Numbered from the stretch's first letter, positions 18,421-28,347 are shown. The stretch: DNA of 64,000 bases from an uncultured Verrucomicrobia subdivision 3 bacterium (GCA_903878805.1 CAIRJF010000018.1:19276-83275); one strand, 5' to 3'. Translations and numbers: made by a program. Notes: generated from the letters alone by a model not told the origin.

Positions 18421-18452
18421 AAAAGAAAAGAGGCCGGACACTACTCCGGCCT
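18421..18452 (-). terminator. Rho-independent terminator after the sensor kinase/response regulator operon
   Basis: Minus strand reads aggccgga-gtagtg-tccggcct followed by cttttctttt. Confidence 0.6.
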
Positions 18453-18655
18453 CAATGAGAACTAATGCTCCAAAACACTTTGACGTTTGCTGCGACCAGC
18501 TTCACAACGGCTGACTGCCTTCAACGTCCAACAACAAAAATAGATTAACATCATCCGCTGCTTTGGCTTGTCACCAGATATGGTTACGCGCTGGGGACAA
18601 GGCTTGTCACCAGCGCGATTCTGGTTTGCGGCTAAAAAAACGGACTGAGAAAAAA

Positions 18656-19291
18656 TCAGCGTTGCAGAAATTTCGCCACAGCTTCCGTGCGCGTGCGCAC
18701 TTGAAGTTTTTCGTAGATGCGGCGGATGTAAGTATGCACGGTCTCATAGCCGATGTTCAGCTTCTCGGCGATTTCCTTGTAGATCAAACCCTGCGCGAGC
18801 AAATCCAAAACCTGTTGTTCTCGTTCAGAAAGAGCGGACAAATCGCCGCCGGATGACGCCGGTGCGGCGGGTTTTTGAAATGACTGAACCACGAGCCGCG
18901 CAATGTGCGTCGTCATCGGTGAACCGCCGCGTTGCATTTCGCGGATGGCCTCGATCAATTCCTTGGTCGGCGTGCGTTTGAGCATGTAACCGTTTGCACC
19001 GGCGGCGAGGGCGTTGAAAATATTTTCCGTGTCTTCGTAAACCGTCAGCATCATCACCTGCGTCTGCGGCAACAACGTCTTCAACCGGCGCACACATTCG
19101 ACGCCGTTGATGCCGGGCAGATTGATGTCCATCAAAACCACATCCGGCTTGACCTGTGGCAAATCCGCCAGCGCTTCCTCGGCGCTGCCGTAATCGGTGG
19201 CGAAACGAAAACCTTCCGCGCGACCAATCACCTTGGCCAGCGTGCCACGCAACTGGTCGTTGTCCTCGACGATGGAAATGGAAATGGGCAT
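18656..19291 (-). CDS. NarL/FixJ (LuxR-type) response regulator
   Basis: REC domain (IVEDND..., VLMDINLPG) plus a GerE/LuxR HTH (LSEREQQVLDLLAQGLIYKEIAEKLNIGYETVHTYIRRIY). ATG at 19291. Confidence 0.9.
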   Translation of the reverse strand: MPISISIVEDNDQLRGTLAKVIGRAEGFRFATDYGSAEEALADLPQVKPDVVLMDINLPGINGVECVRRLKTLLPQTQVMMLTVYEDTENIFNALAAGANGYMLKRTPTKELIEAIREMQRGGSPMTTHIARLVVQSFQKPAAPASSGGDLSALSEREQQVLDLLAQGLIYKEIAEKLNIGYETVHTYIRRIYEKLQVRTRTEAVAKFLQR

Positions 19292-19383
19292 TGCTAAAAA
19301 AAGAAGAATGCAGAATGCAGAATGCAGAAACAAGTGTGGAACGCGCAGCTAGAATTTATTTCTGCCTCTTCATTTTTAATTCT

Positions 19384-22290
19384 TCATTGGTTTTTGAGCG
19401 GCACGGTCAATTTTACCGCCGTCCCGCCGTTGACGCCGGGCGCAATTTCAAATTCGCCGTGAACGTCAGCCAGCCGTTTGCGCATATTTTTCAGGCCGTT
19501 CCGCAATTTCTTTCCCGAAAGATCGCCGACGCCACGGCCATTGTCCGTGACGGTCAGAATAAATTTATCCGGCACCAATTGCAACTTGACGCGAGCTTCA
19601 GTGGCCTGCGCGTGTTTGACGACGTTATTCACGGCTTCTTTGAACGCGAGAAAAACATTATGGCGCACTTCCGGCAAAATCGGTGTCGGCGGGAGTTGCG
19701 CGGGCAGCTCGGCGCGATAGCTCACGCCGGCCAGCGCAAAATAATCCTGCGCGTATTTGCCGACGTAATTCACGAGGCTTTCCAACGTGTCGTTGGATGA
19801 ATTCAGCGCCCACACAATTTCATCCAGCGAGCGCGTCGTGTCCCGGGCCGTGAGCGAAATCTGCTGCGCGTGCAACTCGACCTCACCCGGCAGTTCCTTG
19901 TCCGCCTCGGCCAGTTCGCCAAGCAGCGCGACCTGCGTGAGATTGGCGCCAAGCTGGTCGTGCAGATCGCGCGCGATGCGGGCGCGCTCGCGTTCGAGCA
20001 ATTCTTTTTGCCGGTGCGCGCGCAACTGGCGCTTTAACTTGGCCGTGGAAATCAAATAAATGATTCCCGCCAGCGCGCCGAGAAACATCAGCGTGGCCAA
20101 AATCAAAAACGACGGCTTGCGCCAGAACGGCGGTTCCACCGTGACGGCCAAGGCTGCGCCGGTCTCGTTCCAAACGCCGTCCTCGTTGCAGGCGATGACG
20201 CGGAAGACAAATTTTCCCGGCGGCAATTTCTGAAAATGCGCGCTGCGTTCGCCGCCGATGTCCGTCCAGTTTTTGTCGCGACCCTCGAGCCGGTATTTGA
20301 AGCGCGTGCCAGCGGCGGAATTTTTCGGCGCAGAAAAATTGAGGCTCGCGAACTGGATCTCCAACTGCTCGTTGTCCGGCGTCAGCGTGATGTCGCCCGT
20401 CCATGCCGCGCTCAAGCCGTTGGTCTTTTGCTCCGTGCCGTCGACCTGCACGGATTCAATGACGACCGGCGGGGGATTCAGGTTCGGCTTCAAATCTACC
20501 GGGTTCACGCCCACCACGCCCGCGATGGTCGGGAAAAATAATTTTCCATTAGCCGCGCGGATGGCCGCCGGTTGCGCGCCGGCGGAACATTCGCGCGTGA
20601 GAAAAGTGCGGCAGGAAACTGTCTTGGCCGCGCCAGAAACAAAATCTGCGAACGATTTTTTTTTAACACGCATCAGGCCTTCATACGAGCCAAGCCACAA
20701 ATTGCCCACGCCGTCGTCAATCAAATAGCCGATGCTGTCGCTCGCCAGCCCGCCATTGACCGTGGAACAGATTTGCCACGTGCCATTTTGCCACCGCGCC
20801 AGACCGTGACCGGCAGTGCCGACCCACAAAACGCCATCACGGTCAGTGAGCAAACATGAAACATCCTTCACCGGCGCGGCCACGGAAGAAATTTTCCCGT
20901 TGCGTAGTTGAAACAATCCGTCGCGCTCGGAACCAATCCAAAGATTTCCTTGCGCGTCTTCGGCCAGGGCGCGAACCGGGCTGGCGGGCAGTCCGTCGCT
21001 CGCGGTGAAAAAATTCCAGTTCGTGCCATCAAAACCGCCAAGGCCATTTTCGCCGCCCACCCAAATTTTTCCCGAATGATCTTCAAAAAGAACAAAAATT
21101 TCGTGACCGATTTTTTCCGTGCCTAAAACCGGTTGAAAATAATAGGCCATGAAACGGAACAAGCCCTCGCCGCGTGTGCCGGCCCAGATTTGTTGCCGCC
21201 GGTCTACCAGCACCGTCCACGCGTTGGAATATGTGCCGATGCCGTAGCCGGTGGCGGCGTTCGTCAGCCAATATGCAAGGCCGTGGCTGTTGAACGCCAC
21301 CCACAATCCGCCCGCCACATCCGGCGCGATGGATTGCGCGGTTTCCGTGGACAAACCCGCGGGCGAGAAAAAAACTTTCCGCTTGATGCGGTCCAGCCCG
21401 CCGCCGTCGGTGCCCGCCCACAAATTGCCTTCGCGGTCGAGCGAAAGCGACAGCACGATGTTCTGCGATAGCCCGTTGTCCTTCGTGAGGTGGCTCCAAC
21501 TGCCTTCCGGTTGCAAACAAAACAAGCCGGAATTTTTGGTGCCGACAAAGAAATTTCCGGCGGCGTCTTCACACGCGGCGGTGACATTGGCATCAAACGC
21601 AGCGACGCCGGACTGGCCGTCCGCAATTTGCCGGACGGAATAGACCATCGCACTCGGCCACGGATTCGGCCCGAAGTCTTTTTCCAGCGAGCCAGCATGA
21701 AATTTTTTTACCCGGCCATCCCGCAATTGCCAGACAACATCATTTTTTCCCGGCACCAGCATGTGCGTGGCGCGGTAAAAGAGTTGTTGCGAAACCGGCG
21801 CAGGCAGATCCGCCGGGTGCAAATCCATTTTGCCGTCCGCCCAGCAAAACACACTTCCGCTCGTCGCGATGAACCAGACGCGGCCGGCGGCGTCTTCACT
21901 GGCGCAGTTGACCGCGCCGACGGCATCGGTGCCGGGAAAATTTTGCACCGCGCCATTTTTTATCGCGCACAAACCGGCGGACTCGGTTCCGACCCACAAA
22001 ATTTGCCTGCTATCCTCGAATAAAAAAACGACGCGGTTGTCCGGCAGACCGGGCGTGTTGTTGACGTTGAAGCGCGTGAACGATTTTCCATCAAAGCGCA
22101 CCAGTCCGTTCAGCGTGCCGAGCCAGAGGTAGCCGTCGCGCGTCTGCGCCAACGCGATGACGGAGCTTTGCGGCAGGCCGTCCTCCGTGCCCCAAACATC
22201 CACGATGAACGGCGAATCCGCCGCCGCGCGCCTTCCGAAAACCAGCGCCAGCGCCAGAAACAACAGTTGAAAATGGTATCGCCGTTTCAA
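19384..22290 (-). CDS. sensor histidine kinase with periplasmic two-component-regulator propeller / Y_Y_Y repeats
   Basis: Signal peptide, ~700 aa of WxGTxxGL-type propeller repeats, a TM segment, HisKA_3 (RIARDLHDQLG) and HATPase (VNNVVKHA..., DNGRG). Confidence 0.88.
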   Translation of the reverse strand: MKRRYHFQLLFLALALVFGRRAAADSPFIVDVWGTEDGLPQSSVIALAQTRDGYLWLGTLNGLVRFDGKSFTRFNVNNTPGLPDNRVVFLFEDSRQILWVGTESAGLCAIKNGAVQNFPGTDAVGAVNCASEDAAGRVWFIATSGSVFCWADGKMDLHPADLPAPVSQQLFYRATHMLVPGKNDVVWQLRDGRVKKFHAGSLEKDFGPNPWPSAMVYSVRQIADGQSGVAAFDANVTAACEDAAGNFFVGTKNSGLFCLQPEGSWSHLTKDNGLSQNIVLSLSLDREGNLWAGTDGGGLDRIKRKVFFSPAGLSTETAQSIAPDVAGGLWVAFNSHGLAYWLTNAATGYGIGTYSNAWTVLVDRRQQIWAGTRGEGLFRFMAYYFQPVLGTEKIGHEIFVLFEDHSGKIWVGGENGLGGFDGTNWNFFTASDGLPASPVRALAEDAQGNLWIGSERDGLFQLRNGKISSVAAPVKDVSCLLTDRDGVLWVGTAGHGLARWQNGTWQICSTVNGGLASDSIGYLIDDGVGNLWLGSYEGLMRVKKKSFADFVSGAAKTVSCRTFLTRECSAGAQPAAIRAANGKLFFPTIAGVVGVNPVDLKPNLNPPPVVIESVQVDGTEQKTNGLSAAWTGDITLTPDNEQLEIQFASLNFSAPKNSAAGTRFKYRLEGRDKNWTDIGGERSAHFQKLPPGKFVFRVIACNEDGVWNETGAALAVTVEPPFWRKPSFLILATLMFLGALAGIIYLISTAKLKRQLRAHRQKELLERERARIARDLHDQLGANLTQVALLGELAEADKELPGEVELHAQQISLTARDTTRSLDEIVWALNSSNDTLESLVNYVGKYAQDYFALAGVSYRAELPAQLPPTPILPEVRHNVFLAFKEAVNNVVKHAQATEARVKLQLVPDKFILTVTDNGRGVGDLSGKKLRNGLKNMRKRLADVHGEFEIAPGVNGGTAVKLTVPLKNQ

Positions 22291-22377
22291 TCTTGGCCGG
22301 AAGCATAAGCATTATCGGCGGGATAAAAAGATTTTTCAAAAACCGCTTGCGGGTGACACGCGTTGGGCTACGTTTTA

Positions 22378-22407
22378 AGCACCCTTGAGAACGGGTGCTC
22401 CGTTTTT
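22378..22407 (+). terminator. hairpin plus T-run (orphan, no upstream plus-strand gene)
   Basis: agcaccc-ttgagaac-gggtgct followed by ccgttttt. Confidence 0.35.
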
Positions 22408-22426
22408 CCTGTCGAAAGACGAGCGT

Positions 22427-22471
22427 CGGCGGATCCGGAAATTACCGTGTGCCGGGTCCGCCGGCTTTTTT
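22427..22471 (+). terminator. strong Rho-independent terminator-like hairpin (orphan)
   Basis: cggcggatccgg (22427-22438) pairs with ccgggtccgccg (22452-22463) with one G-U, followed by gctttttt. Confidence 0.5.
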
Positions 22472-22983
22472 CCTCCACCTGCCCCGCTACCCGCCATGAA
22501 CCACGAGCAGTTCCACGTTTCCTCTTTTTGGCTATGGCTGAATTTTTTGCCAAAACATCTCATGGTTTTTTTTAAACTCGAATTACGCAACGATTTTTTT
22601 GTCCGCCCTGAAAAAAAACAACAGCCAATTAATTTTTATCACCACGAAAAAATTCAATTCATTGGGGAAAAATCGCTTTTTGAAGTTGGCATCGCCTTTG
22701 CTAAACAGTTCTCGGTTGTGGTTTTGGGTGGGGAGCCGCGGTGGCGGCAGCAGCAGGTTGGGGAGCTTGCGGCTGCTTTGACTGTGGTGAAGCAAGGAGG
22801 AGCGCATCGCGCGCGCCTGTCAGGTTTGGCTGAAGTTAGAACCGCGCATGAAAAAGGAGATGGCGGTCGGCTTCGGTCGGATGGACGAGGCGCGTGCGTG
22901 CAATCCAAAAAAATCATGCCCGTTTTACCTTATCTCAAGCTTCTCGTCGTGACAGCACGCAACGCGTGGTTTAATTTTCGCGG

Positions 22984-23835
22984 ATGGAAAAAACGACCCT
23001 GACTCTCGGCCACTCACCTGACCCGGATGACGCCTTCATGTTTTACGCCCTCGCGAAGGACTTGATTCCGACGCACGGATTTCATTTCACCCATATTTTG
23101 CAGGACATCCAGACGCTGAACGAGCGCGCCACGCGCGGCGAACTCGACATTTCCGCTGTCAGCATCCACGCCTACGCCTACGTTTCCGACAAATATGCGT
23201 TGCTGCCGAGCGGCGCGAGCATGGGTGACGGCTACGGCCCGATGCTTGTCGCCAAACAAAAATTCTCACGCGAAGAAATTCTGAAAAAGAAAATCGCCGT
23301 GCCGGGAACGATGACCAGCGCGTTTCTCGCCTTGCAACTTTGGCTCGGCAAACCGGCGAAAGAATTAAATTATATCGTCGTGCCGTTTGACCAAATTTTT
23401 GCCGCCGTGAAAAGCGGTGTGGCTGAAATCGGTTTGATTATTCACGAAGGACAACTCACATTCCAAAATGAAAAATTGGTTTTGTGCGAAGACCTCGGTG
23501 TTTGGTGGGGACGCGAAAATAACGGCCTGCCGCTGCCGCTCGGCGGAAACGTGATTAACAAAAAATTCGATCTCGCGACACGCAAGCAGATTTCTGACAC
23601 GCTCACCGCGAGCATTCAATTCAGTTTAGATCATCGCCCCGAAGCCGTGCAGCACGCGCTGCAATACGCCCGCGACATGGGTCGTGACCTCGCCGACAAA
23701 TTCGTTGGGATGTATGTCAACCACTGGACACTCGACTACGGCGACAAGGGCCGCGAATCCATCCGCCGCTTTCTCGGCCAAGCCTTCGAGCGTGGACTGA
23801 TTCCGCACCGGCAGGAACTGGAATTCGTCGTTTAA
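22984..23835 (+). CDS. MqnA/MqnD-family (futalosine-pathway-like, periplasmic-binding-protein fold) protein
   Basis: N-terminal LGHSPDPDDAFMFYAL resembles the GxSPCPNDTFxFxAL motif of 1,4-dihydroxy-6-naphthoate synthase-type proteins; 283 aa. Confidence 0.7.
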   Translation: MEKTTLTLGHSPDPDDAFMFYALAKDLIPTHGFHFTHILQDIQTLNERATRGELDISAVSIHAYAYVSDKYALLPSGASMGDGYGPMLVAKQKFSREEILKKKIAVPGTMTSAFLALQLWLGKPAKELNYIVVPFDQIFAAVKSGVAEIGLIIHEGQLTFQNEKLVLCEDLGVWWGRENNGLPLPLGGNVINKKFDLATRKQISDTLTASIQFSLDHRPEAVQHALQYARDMGRDLADKFVGMYVNHWTLDYGDKGRESIRRFLGQAFERGLIPHRQELEFVV

Positions 23836-23854
23836 GGCGTTCGCAAAGCATGCG

Positions 23855-24997
23855 ATGAAGTCGTCCTTCTGCGTCAAGTTCGCTTGTGCGGTTGCCATTT
23901 TTACTTTGGCGGCAACGGCGTCAGCGGAAAGTATTCTTGTTTACTTCGGCACTTACACCAACGCGTTGAGCCGAGGCATTTACGTTTCGCGGCTGGACGC
24001 GGACACGGGAAGACTTTCCGCGCCGGAACTTGCGGCGGAGACGCCCAGTCCGTGTTTCATAAACGTTTCACCGGATGAAAAATTTCTCTACGCGGCAAAC
24101 AGCGTCAAAACTTTCAACGGCGAAAATGCTGGTGCCGTCAGCGCGTTTGCGATTGATAAAGTTTCCGGCAAGCTGAAATTGCTTAACGAAAAATCTTCCG
24201 GTGGCGGTGGGCCGTGTCATGTGAGTGTGGATGCGACTGGCAAAACTTTGTTTGCTGCCAATTACGGTGGCGGCAGCGTGAAATCTATTTCACTCAATAA
24301 AGACGGTAGTTTAGGTGATGGTGGAAATTTCTTTCAATTTCACGGCCACAGTGTGAACACAAACCGGCAAGCTGGGCCACACGCGCATTTCATGACGACT
24401 GATCCGTCAAATCGTTTTACGCTCGCGTGCGATTTGGGTACGGACAAAGTGATGGTCTACAAACTAACGGACGGAATTTTGACGCCGAATGATCTCCCGT
24501 TCGCAACTGTGCCGCCCGGTTCGGGCGCGCGGCATCTGGCGTTCAGCCGCGATGGAAAATTCGCTCACGTTATCAACGAAATAGGCTGCACCATCACGAC
24601 GTTCGCGTGGGATTCGAATAAAGGAAAACTGGATTTAGTTGAAACAATTTCCGCGCTGCCGCCGGGCGTCGCCGTGCAAAATAGTTTTACGGCGGCGGAA
24701 ATCTTGGTTTCGCCAAATGGAAAATATGTTTATACGACAATTCGCGGTCACGACAGCGTGAGCGTTTTTGCGGTGGATGCGCACAACGGCAAGTTGACCT
24801 TCGTGCAAAACATTTCCGCTGGCGGAAAAGTTCCGCGCGGACTTGGCATTGACCCAACCGGACGCTGGCTCATCACGGCTAATCAAAAATCCGACAATGC
24901 GGTAGAATTTGCCATTGATGCGTTGACAGGAAAACTTTCACCAACCGGTCAGGAATTGAAAATAGGCGCGCCGGTGGATGTGAAGTTTGTGCAGTGA
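23855..24997 (+). CDS. lactonase family protein (7-bladed beta-propeller, 6-phosphogluconolactonase-like)
   Basis: Signal peptide, then repeated blades with GGGPCHVSVD, GARHLAFSRDGKF and PRGLGIDPTGRWL, typical of YbhE/Pgl-type lactonases. Confidence 0.8.
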   Translation: MKSSFCVKFACAVAIFTLAATASAESILVYFGTYTNALSRGIYVSRLDADTGRLSAPELAAETPSPCFINVSPDEKFLYAANSVKTFNGENAGAVSAFAIDKVSGKLKLLNEKSSGGGGPCHVSVDATGKTLFAANYGGGSVKSISLNKDGSLGDGGNFFQFHGHSVNTNRQAGPHAHFMTTDPSNRFTLACDLGTDKVMVYKLTDGILTPNDLPFATVPPGSGARHLAFSRDGKFAHVINEIGCTITTFAWDSNKGKLDLVETISALPPGVAVQNSFTAAEILVSPNGKYVYTTIRGHDSVSVFAVDAHNGKLTFVQNISAGGKVPRGLGIDPTGRWLITANQKSDNAVEFAIDALTGKLSPTGQELKIGAPVDVKFVQ

Positions 24998-25213
24998 ACT
25001 ACCATTTTACCTCCAAATTTAGCATTGTCAGCCAAGGTTTATCTGCTAATTTACCCGTCCCTTGTCGCTGGAATTATTTTGGCGGCGGGAAAAACGGCCT
25101 ATAAATTTGCCTTCGTGTGAAAGCAAGCGGCCACAACCACATCAAATAAAATCCTGTGTTCCGCAGGATGCCTTGAATGAATTCGAGGTGAAAACCAAAG
25201 GAAAATTAGCAAC

Positions 25214-25987
25214 ATGAGCACAATTGGAGTTAAAGAACTGTTAGAAGCGGGCGTCCATTTCGGACATCAAACGAAGCGCTGGAATCCGAAGATGAAACCG
25301 TTCATTTTCGATGCGCGCAACGGCATTCACATCATTGATTTGAGCAAGACCGAGGCGCAGTTGACTGCGGCCTTGAATTACCTTTCCAACGCGGTTCGTA
25401 AAGGTGGAAAAATTTTATTCGTCGGCACGAAGAAACAGGCGCAGATTTGCGTCAAGGAAACCGCCAAGGAAACCGGCCAGTTGTTCGTCACGGAACGTTG
25501 GCTCGGCGGCACGCTGACGAATTTCGCCACGGTCAAGACGTCCATCAAACGCCTCAAAGAAATTGAACGCTGGGAAACGGACGGCACGATGGCGGGTTAC
25601 GTCAAACAGGAACAGGCTGCGATTCGCCGTGAAGGTGCGCGCTTGAATAAATATTTCGACGGTCTTCGCGAATTGGACAAGATGCCCGCCGCGTTGTTCG
25701 TGGTGGACACCAAGCGCGAACACAATGCCGTCGCCGAGGCCAAGAAGCTTGGTATCCCGGTCGTGGCATTCGCGGACACGAACACCGATCCTGAAGACGC
25801 TGATTACCCGATTGCCGCCAATGACGACGCTATCCGCTCAATCCGTTTGATTCTGGGTGCCGTGGCGCAAGCCATCACGCAGGCGCGCGCGGAATTTGAA
25901 TCCAAGAAATCCCGCCGTGTGAACGAAGATGCAGCCTCGGCCGAAGCCGCCGCTCCGGCGGAAGCGACTGCCCCGGTCGCCGCCTAA
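25214..25987 (+). CDS. rpsB: 30S ribosomal protein S2
   Basis: LLEAGVHFGHQTKRWNPKM..., a full-length S2; followed by tsf in the canonical arrangement. Confidence 0.95.
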   Translation: MSTIGVKELLEAGVHFGHQTKRWNPKMKPFIFDARNGIHIIDLSKTEAQLTAALNYLSNAVRKGGKILFVGTKKQAQICVKETAKETGQLFVTERWLGGTLTNFATVKTSIKRLKEIERWETDGTMAGYVKQEQAAIRREGARLNKYFDGLRELDKMPAALFVVDTKREHNAVAEAKKLGIPVVAFADTNTDPEDADYPIAANDDAIRSIRLILGAVAQAITQARAEFESKKSRRVNEDAASAEAAAPAEATAPVAA

Positions 25988-26077
25988 ATTGCGGTCAAAG
26001 AAAATTCAATGGGGCGGACGAAAATAATTTCGTCTGCCCCGAACTTTTAAACTTCAATACTTAACATTCAATTAATT

Positions 26078-26923
26078 ATGGCTGAAATTACTGCTGCAAA
26101 TGTAGGCAAGCTCCGCGAGATGACGGGCGTGGGCATGATGGAATGCAAAAAGGCGCTCGTCGAAGCGCAGGGCAACATCGAAGCCGCCGTGGACTTGCTC
26201 CGCAAATCCGGCGCTGCAAGCGCTGCCAAAAAAGCGACGCGTGAAGCGCGCGAAGGCGTCATTTCCCAGTTCATCGCGCCCGGTGGAAAATCCGGCGTGC
26301 TGGTGGAAGTGAATTGCGAAACCGACTTCGTTGCGCGCAACGATGCGTTTCGGGCGTTCGCGGATGAGATTGCGAAGAAGGTCGCCACGGATGCGAACGC
26401 CAGTCTCGAAGCTGACCGCGAAGCTGCCGTCGGCAAGATGGGCGAGAACATAAAGATCACCCGCAACGCTCGCCTCGAAGTTTCCGGCAACGGCGCGGTG
26501 GCCGCTTACATTCACACCGGCGCAAAAGTCGGTGTGCTCGTGGAAGTTGGTTGCACCAAGGCCGACACCACCAGCAAGGAAGAATTCAAGCAGCTCGTGA
26601 AGGACATCACGTTGCAGATCGCCGCTGGTTTCCCGCAGGTGGTTTCCCGCGAGAATGTCGCGCCGGAAGTCATCGCCAAGGAACGCGAAATCGCCGCGCA
26701 GTCCGATCGCTTGAAGGGCAAGCCCGCCGCTGCGATGGAAAAAATTCTCGCCGGCGTGCTAGATAAATTCTTCCAGACTTACTGCCTCGTGGATCAAGGT
26801 TTTGTGAAACGTAATTCCGAAGTCAGCGTGAAAGAACACGTCGCGCAAATCAGCAAACAACTCGGCGACGAAGTCAGCATCCGCCGTTTCGTCCGTTTCC
26901 AGGTTGGCGAAGCCACGGCGTAA
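26078..26923 (+). CDS. tsf: translation elongation factor Ts
   Basis: VGKLREMTGVGMMECKKALVEAQGNIEAAVDLLRK (UBA-like N-domain) followed by the EF-Ts core. Confidence 0.95.
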   Translation: MAEITAANVGKLREMTGVGMMECKKALVEAQGNIEAAVDLLRKSGAASAAKKATREAREGVISQFIAPGGKSGVLVEVNCETDFVARNDAFRAFADEIAKKVATDANASLEADREAAVGKMGENIKITRNARLEVSGNGAVAAYIHTGAKVGVLVEVGCTKADTTSKEEFKQLVKDITLQIAAGFPQVVSRENVAPEVIAKEREIAAQSDRLKGKPAAAMEKILAGVLDKFFQTYCLVDQGFVKRNSEVSVKEHVAQISKQLGDEVSIRRFVRFQVGEATA

Positions 26924-26946
26924 TCGTTCACAAATAAAATTCTCAA

Positions 26947-26972
26947 GGCGTCCAGCGATGGACGCCTTTTTT
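26947..26972 (+). terminator. Rho-independent terminator after tsf
   Basis: ggcgtcca-gcga-tggacgcc followed by tttttt. Confidence 0.8.
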
Positions 26973-27049
26973 ATTCTCAAATTTTGTTTGAACAATTTTT
27001 ATACCCGCAGGTCAGATAATGTGAGGTTTGATTGTTTGGTTTGGTTTAA

Positions 27050-27089
27050 AGCGCCTGACTTTTTTGGGTTTTAGTCAGGCGCTTTTTTA
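27050..27089 (+). terminator. second terminator-like hairpin after tsf
   Basis: agcgcctgac - 14-nt loop - gtcaggcgct followed by tttttt. Confidence 0.6.
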
Positions 27090-27153
27090 TTATGCGCGAA
27101 TTCCCTTCTTGCACTGAAGCTGATTCATTTTATGCTTTTCCCGCTCAAATTTT

Positions 27154-28329
27154 ATGAACTACAAAATCTCCCAACGCGCCGCGTCGCTCGCTCCATCCCT
27201 CACTCTGGCCATTGATTCCAAGGCCAAAGCGATGAAGGCGGCGGGCGAAGACGTCGTCGGCTTCGGCGCGGGCGAACCGGATTTCGACACGCCGCAGCAT
27301 ATCAAAGACGCGGCTGCCAAGGCGCTCGCCGCCGGCTTCACCAAATATACGCCGAGCAGCGGTATTCCCGAGTTGCGTGAAGCCATCGCCGCAAAATTTT
27401 TGCGCGAAAATGGACTGACTTACAAGCCATCGCAAATCATCGTGAGTTGTGGCGGAAAACATTCTTGCTACAACGTCATTCTCGCGACGTGCGAAGCGGG
27501 CGACGAAGTCATCATTCCCGCGCCGTATTGGTTGAGCTATCCGGAAATGGTTAAACTCGCAGGCGCAACGCCGGTAATTTTACCGACCACGGACAAAACG
27601 GAATTCAAAGTGACGCCAGAGCAATTGCGCGCGGCCATCACGCCGAAAACGCGGTTGTTCGTCTTGAATTCGCCGAGCAATCCGACCGGCTCGGTTTACA
27701 CACCGGAAGAAACGAAAGCTCTCGGCGACATCTGCGTGGAAAAAGGCGTCCTCATCATGAGCGATGAGATTTACGAACATCTGCTTTACGATGGTGCAAA
27801 AGTCAAAAGCGTCGCGAGTTTTTCCCAGGCGCATTACGACCACACGATCATTGTTCACGGTTTGGCGAAAGCGTATTCTATGACCGGCTGGCGTTTGGGT
27901 TTTCTCGCCGCGCCGGAACCGATTGCCAAAGCGATTGATGCCGTGCAAAGTCACAGCACGAGCAATCCAACTTCCTTCGCCCAAAAAGGCGGCGTCGAAG
28001 CACTGAACGGTTCGCAAGCGCATCTGCCAGTTTGGCTCGCGGAATACGACAAGCGCCGTCGTTACGCGCACGCGAAACTGAATTCCATGCCCGGAATTAC
28101 GTGCGTCAATGCGAAGGGCGCATTTTATCTGTTCCCTAACATTTCTAAAACGGGACTCAAATCCGCCGAATTTTGCGCGAAATTGTTGGAGCAGGAAAAA
28201 GTCGCCGCCGTTCCCGGCATCGCCTTCGGCGCGGATGATTACATTCGCTTGAGCTACGCCACCAGCCTCGCGAACATCAAAAAAGGTTTGGAGCGGATGG
28301 ATAAATTTGTGCGCACACTGGTGAAATAA
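27154..28329 (+). CDS. pyridoxal-phosphate-dependent aminotransferase (aspartate aminotransferase-like, class I)
   Basis: 391 aa with the PLP-lysine motif LAKAYSMTGWRLGF and the NSPSNPTG block. Confidence 0.9.
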   Translation: MNYKISQRAASLAPSLTLAIDSKAKAMKAAGEDVVGFGAGEPDFDTPQHIKDAAAKALAAGFTKYTPSSGIPELREAIAAKFLRENGLTYKPSQIIVSCGGKHSCYNVILATCEAGDEVIIPAPYWLSYPEMVKLAGATPVILPTTDKTEFKVTPEQLRAAITPKTRLFVLNSPSNPTGSVYTPEETKALGDICVEKGVLIMSDEIYEHLLYDGAKVKSVASFSQAHYDHTIIVHGLAKAYSMTGWRLGFLAAPEPIAKAIDAVQSHSTSNPTSFAQKGGVEALNGSQAHLPVWLAEYDKRRRYAHAKLNSMPGITCVNAKGAFYLFPNISKTGLKSAEFCAKLLEQEKVAAVPGIAFGADDYIRLSYATSLANIKKGLERMDKFVRTLVK

Positions 28330-28347
28330 TTTTGTCATCCGCCTGAA

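Noticed and set aside
18346-18441. Longer cdsA start (ORF to 18441)
   Set aside because: The extension would include a minus-strand terminator hairpin (18421-18452) belonging to the upstream two-component operon. The extra residues are not CdsA-like, and an ATG at 18345 gives a normal-length protein.
22560-22700. Replication origin / DnaA-box cluster in the AT-rich tract
   Set aside because: Only one weak DnaA-box-like sequence (ttatcacca) was seen, there is no cluster, and neither dnaA nor dnaN is nearby.
22385-23002. 205-aa ORF (169 aa from ATG 22496) as a protein-coding gene
   Set aside because: It spans the orphan terminator hairpins and the A/T-tract region, switches composition midway, has an Arg/Gly-rich GC-half and overlaps the start of the mqn-like gene. 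It is kept only as an open question in the findings.
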